In this document: positions 40,219 through 52,700 of the stretch, piece after piece
How the letters are laid out: the number at the start of each line of letters is the position of its first letter
Position numbering within the stretch: position 1 is the stretch's first letter
NCBI GenBank assembly: GCA_964035545.1
Contig: OZ037767.1
Span: 27,234,628-27,298,627, forward strand
DNA: 64,000 nucleotides
From: Bugula neritina
Lineage: Eukaryota; Animalia; Bryozoa
Reading direction: 5' to 3'
Made by a program: the position numbers and the translations under genes
The notes under the pieces: generated by a model
Database searches by the model: none
The model's input: the letters and a program-made list of their open reading frames with translations, nothing else
Told to the model about the DNA's origin: nothing

Positions 40219-40959
40219 CATTCTGACCCATGGGGCAGACAACTTTGTTTACATATTTTTCGTGATGGCTGTTGGGGAGGATATCAAAAATATAACATTG
40301 TTTTATATTGACATACTATAAGTCTTTCTCGACGAACTTTTCTACGAAGTATCATTATTGAATTTGTGTATACAAGTACACTATAAATAATCAAGCCATA
40401 TTTTGTACCAAGATATTTCATATTTGAGATGCTGTTATGATTTTTGTGGATATGAACTCATCCAAATGCTTGCTGGTTATCCATCAGATGCAAAAACTTC
40501 ACTGATAATGTTGCTTCGCTACCAAAGAGTCATATATAGAATTTTGGCCCTCCAAGTTAAGAAAATTATTTCCAGCAGGTGTGTTAAGTTATAGCTGCAT
40601 GTATATGTATATTTTTGAGCATTTTATTCATGCAATCTATCTCATGATATGAAAATTGTAGTGTTTTCATGATAATCCTTACAAAATTAAAAACTTTATT
40701 TTGTGCATTCTGTAGTTATATAAATAAAGACAATCCAAATGAATTTTGATTATCACAAGCCAATGATCACCACATTTTTGGTTAACATTTCACTTCAATT
40801 TTTTATATATAATAATATTTTATTATATATATATTAAATATACTAGACAAAAATTGACCTTCCATTTTATATTTACATCAACGCTATCTGAAATGCATTT
40901 ATGTGTTTTTCAACATACTTACCATAAAAGTAACAAAAACAAATCAACTAGCTGCAATT

Positions 40960-43900
40960 CTATATTAGAATGTCATGAGCTTTGTTTTCTACAAGCAGTT
41001 CCATTTGTTTGACATCATCGCACCACTGAGTGAGTCGCTTCTGCATGGTGCTGATCTGAGAGAGGTCTAGCACTCGTGGTTGCACCCATGTCATTGTGAC
41101 GTGTTGCTCAACCTGGTCTATTGTACCACGCACCAATCCTAAACTCAGTGCCTTCATCGTTAATAGTTCAACCTAAATAAAATGGAAAAAGATTACTGTC
41201 ACAAAACTGTTGGTAGCAGTGTGACGAGTTCGAAAAGTCTGGTAGTCAGAAGTGTACAGACAAGTAGCATACAGCTTGCCAATCCAGTTGAGAGTAAATA
41301 GAGTTGTGAATATAAGTAGACTTTATTTCTCTAGTAAGATATGCACAGATGAACTTACAAAAATGAACTCCGAGAATGAACTGATTCGTAAACACAACTG
41401 CCTCAGTATTTATAGTAAACAAAAAAACTCTAGAACATTCTCAAGCATTCCAGTATAGAAGATTCTACTAGAAAACATTCTCCACATGCCAATACTATTT
41501 ATAGAAAATGAAACAAAACAAAACATTGGAATTTCCATGGTTATTTCGCAATTATTGCGCAACACCTTGTTTACATTGTTGGGCAGTAGTTAACGTGACT
41601 AATGAAAACAATAACAATGAACAATGACCCATCTCTTTGATCAGTCTAGAATATTTACGAACATTCGTGTATAATCATTAGGAAAAACCCATTAAGTCTA
41701 TAGGTATATGTACACTCAGAATTTGTGACAATTACTGTAGAATACTAGACATGGATAAATCACACTTGAACGAAGTGTGTAATTTTAGCCATAAGATAGT
41801 TATTTGGAGAACCCAAAAAATTAGTCTTAACCTTTGAATAATAAATAATAACATGATAATAAGTAATAATATGGCAAGCTACGCCTAGGCAACAAGAGTG
41901 GATAAATGGAACACATATCGTTTATTAACCAACCTCATTTATTGGCAGCCTAGTCTCCTTAGCGATCTCAGCAAAGCTAATACATCTGTTGTTTGAAGGT
42001 CTGTTAAAGGTCATCTCCATCAAACATAGCAAGCTGATTTTCATCTTGAGTTTGTCAATAGCTTTGGCCAAATCAGGCTAAAAAACAACATTAAGGAGTA
42101 TACTAGATGATATTTAGATGCACTACATCACATCACTAATTTGAGTGGGCAAAAGAAATTTATATAACTACAAAAACATTTGAAGTGGAGCAGACAGCAG
42201 CTAGGAGCATAGCAAACTATTGCTAATACTATTTATTTACACTTGGAGCTGAAATATTATGGCCCCAAAAGATGTATATCAACTATATTAAGAGCTGGTA
42301 CATTGTATTAAAATTTACCTGCTTCTGTAACATAGGTTGGCTATTCTCAAACTTGCCAATATCTCCAGAGTTAAAGGCGTACATCAAGTCTATAATCCAT
42401 TGCTTATCAGTATTCCTAAGAGAGTCTAGTATAGGGTGAGCAAGCAACTCCCCAAAATTATATACACCATCTCCTGCACGCATATAAAACAAAGTATTAT
42501 AAGCTATTAACATACTTGCATTTTATAAGTTACATACACTTAAACCCTTTCATGCATCAATTTTCATGAGTCACTTGGCACCATATTAGTGGTGTCCGCA
42601 TGAAAATTCCATTTTTATAACAGAGGCGTTAACTTTTTGCAATACAAATAGACTGAGAACCTTACCAAGCAAGGCTGCCAGACTCAAACTATATGCACGT
42701 TCATGTTGTCTGTCATTGGGTAGTTGTGATAGGTCAATGCAGCCAAGAAATCTAAGAGCCTCCCTGTAGTAGTTGGCATGGTCTCCTTGTAGCTTATAGT
42801 AATCACTAGACAACTCATAGAAACGGCTGTGTACAGCAGTCACCCCATCCAGTTCTTCCAAACTTGCTTGAGTAGCCTCCACTATTTTCTATACATAATA
42901 GAAAAAGTCGAGCAATCAGCCGGGTAAATACATGATTTAAAATTGACAAGGTTAAAATCAACTCATTGAAAGGTATAAAACCTGAGTACTAATAAGCACG
43001 TGTGAGGCTATACGTAGCCTATACTGAAAAGGTTTAATTGGACATGAAAAGAAATAGAAAGAAAATAAGATAACTCCAGCAACGAGCCTGTCTAATACAT
43101 GAGGTACAGTTGACATGATCTACAGTTATTAATTAAAATCAAATCATTGAAAGAGATAAACTATTCAGTGACTATGAACATGTGTGTACTAAGCTATACA
43201 TTGCCTATACTAGGAAGGTTGAATTGGGTATAAAAACAGGTAGAAAATTACCTTGACCTCAGGTAACTCCCTGGTTCGGATGTAAATGTTACCTAAAGCC
43301 GTCTCAGCTAAGATACTGGCCTCCTTGTGATCTTTGATCTACAAGGTCAACATGTGTGTTTAGCAACATTAACAACACTAAAAGCCAATAGATGAAAACA
43401 ATGTGTTAACATTATAATTCAACAGACAAAAAGTGAATTCACATACCCTCAACTTGAGTTTCTCAATAAACTTTATAGCCTCGTCTTTATCTAAACGTAA
43501 CAAAATTCAAATCATGATGCATTCAACATAAGCTAAATACCGGATGCAAGTTAAAGAAATAATTCACAATTTTGATCATAATTTTCGCTATAAAAATAAT
43601 TTATATTGCAGTAAAATGATAACAAATGACAGGCAATATAAGAAAATTTTTTGATAAAAAAGACTAAAGATAAATTCACATATTTAGGCATTTTTCTTAC
43701 AAGTAATATATACTAAGATGTACTATGTCCTAATTTAAACTTAATAAAAAGTTATGAGTTTTGGTGACAACTGTTTGATCCAATATTAGTAATAAAAGTA
43801 AATACAGAAAGAAAGTCCTACTAGTGCAAACAGCATCTAGCTTCACAATTTCTACTCTTTCTCCACAAAGTAACATGTAGCAGTAAATTACCCTTCATGT

Positions 43901-45585
43901 CCAGAAGGCAGTACATAGCGATTTCCATGAGCGCCAAAGGATTTATTCTGTGCTCAAAGTCGCATACAAAGTTATCATACAATTCTTTCATCCTTCCACC
44001 TTGCTCGGTGAAATAGGGAAGTTTGATGGCTTCCGCTGTAGCTAATGTCAGCTGATGCCATAACCTTTTAATAAACATAAAATAGTTTTTCTACCGTAGA
44101 ACAGCACTATCAATCAAATGTAGTAAACAAGAAACATAAACAAGAAAAATGACATGCAGGGATACTAAAAAGTAGATAGATAGAAAATTACTGCTGGAAA
44201 GAAAACAGGTGTTACAAACTCTTGAATAAGTCTTTACGCGATTTAATGAAATTTTATACTTAATGAAATAAAAAATAGCTTTTGCAGGTTCAACAAGCCA
44301 CTGGAGACTGAGACGTAGATATTTGGTATCTTTTTACATTAAAACAAAAAACCGGCAAACATTGAAAATTGATGGCTACAGTACAAATAAGTCACAATAA
44401 CCAAGTTACAGAGCGAGCAACAAGTTGGCTATTTGCCAAACCATAAGCTAAACTTTTAAACAACATAGGTAATCATTTGAAAGCAAAAGCATTAGTATCT
44501 TAACTTAGGAAGCTAAATTATTTATTATCTAAATGCAAATTACAGTGTTGAAAAAGCATAGATATTGTTGATTTTGGTTTAATTACAAATAGAGTTTAAA
44601 GGATTGCTCTATCTTGTCTAATAAATGGCCATTTAGGTCAAACACACATAATATTGTGTTTTTCTAAGCATGCATTGACAAAAAGCATTTGACCAAAGGT
44701 AGAAAAAGTTAGTTGAAGTTGAGGGTGTAGACTGGTAACAGCCAAAACGCCGATTTTGAAATGAGCTGGGAACTGTGACGTAACAGCGCCAGCATTCCTG
44801 CTGGTCACGTGACTATACAAATGAATAACTATAGAAATATGACTGTGAGATGTAATTTTTTAGCTTGCAATTTGTATATTTATAGAAGTGCAAATGTGAA
44901 TTATCTCAATCTATAGCTTTTTGACATTTTAAATAACATGTATGTGATAACATTAGGCTATATTTTGTTTGTAAACATTAGAAAAAAGCCTTGCAAAAAC
45001 ATGCATTCTTTAGGATGAATGCCTGCGATCGATCTAAACTAAGTCAGATCGTGCAATATTACGGGCACACCAAAGCTGACCTATATAGCGCACTGTAACT
45101 GCTTGAGCGTAATTGGTTGATGTTGTGCCCAGCAACCTTGAATACTAGCGTTATAGTTAGCACGTGCAGCATAGTTACTGGCGTTCACACGTCACGTATT
45201 AGGCTATTCTTTTTCATGGCTGAAAATTTTACCTCCCTCAAAATTGGAATTTTGAAAAGCTGTTTTCTAGGCACATATCCCTTTGCAAAGCCACAATTGT
45301 TTGCATACACATTAGATTATAGTTCATAATTATAATGTGATTGTAATAAACTAAGATTGAGCAATCCTTTAAAAGTACAATAAAATGACTTTAAATTACA
45401 GTTTATATGAAAGAAAAGAACAAATTGAATACAAAATTCAAGATAATAACTAAAGTTCAACTATTTCAGCAGAGTACTTACTTTTTGTTATATAACTCTT
45501 CTAGCTTACTGAACACTGCCGCCACAGACTCATCTGAAGAGCCTTTCTGCGAGGTTAAATAGGATGCTACTCTAGCTGCAGCCAT
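40960..45585 (-). CDS. PSMD13: 26S proteasome non-ATPase regulatory subunit 13 (Rpn9), 8 exons
   Basis: Exons ~45585-45482, 44066-43892, 43491-43448, 43338-43252, 42888-42666, 42473-42319, 42078-41934, 41172-40960. Motifs [42 protein letters not shown] and [24 protein letters not shown]. Confidence 0.96.
41197..41730 (-). mobile_element. Solo LTR of the same Gypsy (Gmr1-like) family as 53702-59311, in the last PSMD13 intron
   Basis: TGTCACAAA...TTTGTGACA termini, 5-bp TSD ATTAC (41192-41196 / 41731-41735), colinear with the 526-bp LTRs apart from scattered substitutions and small indels. Confidence 0.96.
42953..43247. repeat. Diverged ~110-bp direct duplication within a PSMD13 intron
   Basis: TAAAATCAA.TCATTGAAAG...GCTATAC.T.GCCTATACT...AAGGTT.AATTGG occurs at ~42953 and ~43134. 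Confidence 0.6.
44600..45368. mobile_element. Non-autonomous TTAA-targeting DNA transposon (Kolobok/piggyBac-like MITE), 769 bp
   Basis: TTAA|AGGATTGCTCTATCTT ... AAGATTGAGCAATCCT|TTAA (16-bp TIR, 1 mismatch), with an internal GTCACGTGAC palindrome. AGG termini after TTAA fit Kolobok better than piggyBac. Confidence 0.75.
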
Positions 45586-46229
45586 TTTTGTTGTTTAATT
45601 TTAGTTTGAGCTCGTGGCAAAAGTAAACCAACAAGCCTAAAAAAGTCAAATGCTTACATAAATTAAACTTTTTAATAACAAAGTTAAATTTCAATAGCAA
45701 ATCACTAAAGCCTTCGTTCAATCAGTCTCAGACTTACCCTCGGTTTTAGTACTACCAGCATAAGGTGAGTTCAACAACCCTGTTCACTATTACTATAAAA
45801 ATGAACTCATTAACAGTACTATCACTAAATTAATCTTCCGAGCCACTTTAAATACAGCATTTGCAATAACAATGATTACAAGGACCAAAAAGTGGAAATG
45901 AAATTATTTTAAAATCTCATATAAAAACTTTAAAGATTTCATGAAAAATTAGTACCACAGTGTATTGGTGTTGCAAAAAATCAAGTAAAGCTAAAATATG
46001 ATTAATGCAAACACGACACACAGTAAAACAGTCATGCACAATTACTTAGTCATTGCCAATATACATAAAAAATTCTGAATCAATAATTATTAAATTTTCA
46101 ATAAAACAGTGAGAATTTATGCTATCATTCTGAATATTTTTTAATTTTATACTGTATGAATATTAAATATTCCTACTATTATTAATATAATCATAATTAT
46201 TTCATTAATCATAACAAGTGTAATACAAA

Positions 46230-46990
46230 CACAGTACCAGTAAGTGAGTATCAGCAAAAGGTTGAGCCTCAGTCTTGGTATGACTCACTATCAGTATCAG
46301 TATGAACATGAACTTCAGTACCGGTAACTGCTGTGTGCAACTTTAAAGTCTTGAAGGTAATTATAAGTATAAGGCTAAGTAAGCTTAAAATTTAGTGTGT
46401 AACCTAAAAACAGTAACATTTAATTTTATTGTAGGTGTAAGACTAAGAGTAAGAGTATGTGCAACACTAAAATATGCATTTAGTTATACGTTTAGCAATT
46501 AATTGCTCGTCCTACTAATAACTGCTGCTGCTAGTGCAAGTCCCTGCAGGTACAGTTACACTATGGTCAAGTCTGACAGCTACTAGTGCTATTAGCGTTA
46601 AAGTTAGATTAAGAGACAAGTTTTATCACTTTTATCAACTTGAGTAAGTTTTAGTGCTACTCATACTGGTAGTGGTAGTATCACTATCAGTATCACTATT
46701 AGTATTACTATTAGTATCAGCGAATCACTGTCAGTGTCACTAAACTGAAAGTCAAAAGATAAAATTGAATACGGCTGATACCGATAGTGATACTGATACT
46801 CAAACTTTGAGTCAAAGTCAATCTCATACTCATACTGCCATAGTCATAGTGATAGTCATACTCATAGTCATAGTGATTGTGATAGTCTAACTCTAAGTCA
46901 TAGTATGACATTGACTATGAATACCACTATCAGTATGAGTATATAATAGCTATAAAGCGATAACTATAAACATTACATTTACTGTCGGTG
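46230..46990. repeat. Degenerate hexamer-periodic tract next to the PSMD13/SLC16 divergent promoter
   Basis: CATAGT, GATAGT, CACTAT and CAGTAT words with 6-bp phasing. Confidence 0.6.
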
Positions 46991-49747
46991 TGGTAAGAAA
47001 TATAATACCAATAGCCACAGACTCGTTTTAACGAAAGAGAACCGATAAGGTTGATAAAGAATTGAATTTGATAGAATGAGAATGAATGAGCAACAATGAA
47101 AATTGTAGTTGAAAGTTTGTCTCGTTAAGCACGAGATTCTAAACGCTCTGGTGATGAACGGACACGTTACGTAGAGCCCTACTTGAACTTTTGTCAGATT
47201 TTTAACTAAAGGTTCAAGGCTAAACTATAGAGTTATGTTTTCTTTAACGAAGTATCCTGGAACCATTTAGATAACTCCAATATCTGAATTAAACAATTCC
47301 TGACATAGCATTTATTATTCTACACAGTGTTGAAACATGCATCTTAGCTATCATCTACAGACTGCTTGAGGGTTGTAACTTCCCAGAACTCTAAGTGACA
47401 GAGAAATAGCTACTCTTTAGAACTAGAGTGATTTCAAGCTACCTAACTTTTATTTTTATATTTTTAAGCAGTCTAATTTACTGATCAAGCCATTTATATG
47501 GACGATAAATAAAACAAAAGAAACATTGGTAAAGGTAGCTGTAAATACTAGATGTCACAAGTTCACTATTATTTAGATAACTACAGCAAATAAGTTGCTA
47601 CTATGAAATAAATAGGGGAATCAATTTATTGCATGCTTTCTATGATGTGATTCAGTGATTTCCAGAGGGAGTTATTCTCTCCAGCACTTCGGCTACAATT
47701 GCTACCTAAACTTTATATACACAATAATATACCAATATTTACCATATGATAATTTTATAATATTATAGAAACATTGTTATATCGATCAAATAATATTTTA
47801 AACTTACCTTGTGCCACATATACAGTGTAAGTCCTATATTAGCGCAATTATTACTACGATTAAATTTTCTGCATACAGCAATGATAAGAGAACTCTCTTT
47901 TAACACATTATATTTCATAGAGTGATAAAGTTTCTATAAAAAAAGGCAAGATTTTAGTAGCCGATTGCCTTATATAGGCATACAGGAACCTCTTTGTATA
48001 CTGTATTAAATACCTATATTCATATAGGAAATGGAGTAATGCTGCAAATCAAATGAAAATATAAACAATATAATATAATAATCATTTTAATATAAGCATA
48101 ATTATTATAATTAATAAGCTTTTCCGGAAGCAGGAATGATACAGAATATTTGTAAAGAAATTTGTATACTTGAAACATTGACATGTTATTTAGATACTTC
48201 ATGTGATAGACATTGGCTATATTAGCTAATTACAATATCCACAGACACTAAAAATCATGTCAACAACATTGTGGATAGAACTTAGTACTCGTATATACTG
48301 CCCACTAAATTGTATATCATATTGAAAGATCATATATGTTGTTGCATAACAAAAATGGTGAATAAATAAAAAAATATATTTAGATTCTGGTATATAGTAA
48401 AAATTACATATGATTTAATCTATTTAAAAGTAAAAAAAGTTATATATTCAAATAAAAACACATCCAGGCAAAAAGACATTTTTAGCTTTTACTATAAGCT
48501 GATAAACGATTTTAGAAAAATATGTGGATTAATATTTCAATACAGAGTCATGCTATTTTCTAAAGTCATCAGGGTGTTTTGGTTTCTACAAACGGCATAA
48601 GTCCATTTTGAAATATTAGCTGATGCATTTTTATGAATCTATTATCTGCTTTTAATGAAATGTATTATATTTTTAGAAATGCTTAATAAGCAGTATATAA
48701 GTCAGAAAAACTCCATTGACATATATAAACACTTCCCATTTGTATTTCTTCAAATTTAAGGCCCACCATCATGAATATTTTGACTTTCTAAATGAAAGCT
48801 TCAGTTTTGGGATATATACAAATTTATAATAATTCACAAAATATTAGCTGTGTCATAATATACTATGTTCTAATGCAGCTGGTAGCATCAGCAAACTGTC
48901 CTAGGCATTAACTTACAGGATGTGGAAGTTGTATTCAACAATATTTTATTGATTAAACAGCTTTTTTCATGATTGTTAATGAGAAAAAAGTGTTACATAA
49001 TTACATGCCACACTAATTTTCTGATCCTCATAGAATGCTCTGATGCTCTGGCTAAGAAAAAAGTATCTACATGCTCTTGCACGCTGTTTTTGCATTACAC
49101 TCGGTTTTTTTTCATGCCAGAGTGTATTGGTGCAGAAGCAATGACACATAAGCTGCTAATCGTAAGTTAAGGTTGCATGGTATATAATTTGCAATTTCTA
49201 TCACCTCTGTAACTAAGTAGTGACATATTGCAATACTAGTTTGTAGTCTCTAAGGACAACATTGCATTACATGCAGTAGAAATTTTATTAAAATATTGTT
49301 TAGATAAGATAATAATATCATAAACAAATCATATTATAAAAATAAACACCAGCAACCTGTTAGACAAAACATGTATTATAATTTAATAAAATAAAATCTG
49401 CAGATGTGATGCATAAATGTGAAAACTTGGCACAATTTCAAAAAAGGGTGAGCCAGTAGCAGATAAATCTTAACCTGATAAGCCGAAAGTTTTAGATCTC
49501 CACCCACTACAGCTCACCTTTTATCAAAACACCTGAATATAAGGATTACATGACGACGTGTATACTCAAACTGGTAGCTGATTGGCTTGTATTGTGTAAG
49601 ACTGCTGTTCTATGAGTTTTATCATAAACTTATTTGATGTGTATAGAAAAGATTCAACTTATTCAACATCATGCTACCACATAGTACTGAAGTAGAAATA
49701 TTGGAGACATTGAATTAGCATGTTGGGTCATTCATCCGACTGTAAAT

Positions 49748-52700
49748 ATGTCTGAAAGTTCATTCTCAGGAAGTGATCTAGAAAAGCAGCCCCCGAGTGA
49801 CTCAACCGGGACGGAGGTTGAGGAGATCTCTCAAAACAGCGACGAAGAAAATGAGAGTGAAAAAGTAACACCTGATAACACTTTACTGACTCCTAAGTTG
49901 GCAGCAGCCAAAAAACTTGCTTCACAAAACGAAGCGATTGATGGAGGTAAGATATTTTGTAATGTTTAATTCGCAACCTTTTTAGCTGGTATGTCTTGTA
50001 AAATGCTTCGATCATTTTGTGTATACAGAAAATAAATAATGGCAGTTCAAATACATGCATGTAAACATAGCAAGCATATTTATGGCTTTTGGTGATTTAT
50101 ATATTCATGCCCCTGAATATAGTATAGTATGATAATAGACTAATGATAAAAAACAATTAAAAAACAAAATTTTTGTTGTGAAAAATTGTCAATGCAAAAC
50201 TGGGTTGGTATACAATTATGTAAAAACATTTATATGAGGCATCAGGTTTTTTTCTGTGAAACACGTTTTATGTTCACACAGTTTTGAAACTGTAGAAAAG
50301 TATATTTAATTAATGATAAGGAGTTTGCATATTGACTATTCTAAGCAGCGCTCAGTGATAAGTCACACCTTGTATGTCATATTCAATTTGCTAAGAGACA
50401 GCTTGAGTAAACAAGATTTATTATGATGTGTTATTTTTATCTTAGGGTATGACGATCAATTTTGATTAAATTCCATTCCATGTTGCTGCAATGTACAGTT
50501 ATCTCTCATGTAATATAATTGAAATCAGGTTATTCATAGGTGAAGCAAAGCACTGAGAACGTTTAGCTGTCTCACAAAATAAAATCTTATATTATATGGT
50601 ATATTATATTAAATTATATATATGAAAAATAAAACAAAGTTATACATAAGATATTCAATAGTTTTCAATAATGTTGAAACATTATATAAGACATCAAGGC
50701 ATTATTCCCAGGTATTAGATCAATTATCATAATATATCAGATGTGTGCTGTGCATTGAACTGAGCCTACACATCATATAGAACTGATAATATTAGTCTGA
50801 GGTGAAGTTATAAACTTGAGTATATGTAATGTAGAATGTTAACAAATATTTGCTTCACAGTGTTTATATAATTTTAACAAACAACATTATACATCTTCCC
50901 TGGGAGCTAATTATTGCAAGTTAATATAAGTTTATCTTAGATTGGAAAAACAAAGTTTCTTAAAATACCATAAAATGCCTACAACTACACTTTATAGAAA
51001 TAAATAATGGACCATCTCTTACAAGTTAGCAATTAAACAGTAATTTCCTATGATAATTAATTTTATCAAAGCAATATTGGTGTCATGCTTTATAACAGAC
51101 AACTGTATGTGTTAGTTTTATGTTCCTGTTATAAAACATGCATAAAATATTATGTACTGTAGTGTGAAGCAAATGTAATGTGTAATTATAGGAATTTGTA
51201 ATAATAAGAAATTTGCAGTATTTTAGATCAGTTTCTAAAAAAGTCCTTAATTAATTTACAAAACAATTCAAAATAGTTTTAAACTCTAATTAATAATAAA
51301 TATAAATAGTGAGTTTAAATTATATGGTAATTATCAAATAGATAATTGACACTACATGATTTATCAGTGCAAGAATTTGTAGTTAATTGTTATTCTTCAT
51401 TAGCTGCCCTTTTAAGGAATAAACAACTTCCCATAAAGAGTATTTATTTATTTATGTTAAATTACACTATGATTGTTATATGATAGCAGGCTGTACTGTG
51501 TACTGAGACTGGCATACTCTATCTTATACAATCAATCATTCATTATTCCTATAGTTCTAATTATATATATTGTAAACTCCTACTTTAGTCGAATTTCATT
51601 GGCCATAGACATTTTGTAAAATAGGTCAGGGATGGTAGTTAGATGCCCCCATGACATCATAGAATTTAAGCTATAGTTTCGGCATATACTAAGTCACCGT
51701 CTGGAAACGCTACAAAATTAAGTGTAACTAAAATATTGGTAATAACGTTTAAATGTCAGTATAATAACTGTGATGGAATCATATGCTACTTTCTTTGACC
51801 TCTAATAGCTTACCATTTTTATGTAGTAAGTTTTACTCTTGAGTATAACATTGTTTTATGAACCTTGCAAAGCAATTGATGTTGGTACAGGAGACTAAAC
51901 TTTGTAACAAATACTTCAACATGCAGCCTTGCTCCTGAGCCAAGAAAGATGGTTGTCATTGAGGGAAATATTCTAGTTAAACTGATTAGTTGCAGCTTTA
52001 TTATTTTTAGCAATTCCTACGTTGTAAGCTAAAGCTTTATGCAGGTAAAAGCCTGTAATTTAATGTGATGGTTGCCTTTTGAGATATCAAAATATCTTCT
52101 AGGCTATAGACTTAAATTCCCATTGGATTGTTGTAAATTTGGTATGTATCTGCATTAAATTTAGGAACTATTCATAGAATTTTAACTGTCGAATAAACTT
52201 CAAAAAGTTTTCATTTTATTATCTGTGTAAGATACACAAGTTTTCAATTTGAAACAGTTGTGTGAATAGTAATAAAAAACATTAGTTCAAGTTGTTATGC
52301 TAGTACGTAGTTTAGACTGAAATCCATATTATGTCATTTATATGTTAGACATTGCTAGATGCAGCACAAAGTTTGTGGTCACTGAGTTGTCCAGTTGTTG
52401 GGGTCTCAGGTTTGGGGTTTGGAATATGTATACATGAATATGTATTCAAATACTGCACTCAATGACCCCAAACCTTGTGCTGCATCTAGCGATCCCCTTA
52501 TCTGTTATCCCATAGTTTACAATATTAATTACGTCTGCATGTCTCTGATGTAGGCATAGGCTGGCTGGTGGTGTTTAGCAGCTTCTTTCAGAATCTTATT
52601 GTGGATGGAACTCTCTGCTCATTTGGCACCATCTTAGTCTACCTTAAAGAAGATTACAACGCCACAAATATGCAAATATCTTGGATTCTATCTGCACAAC

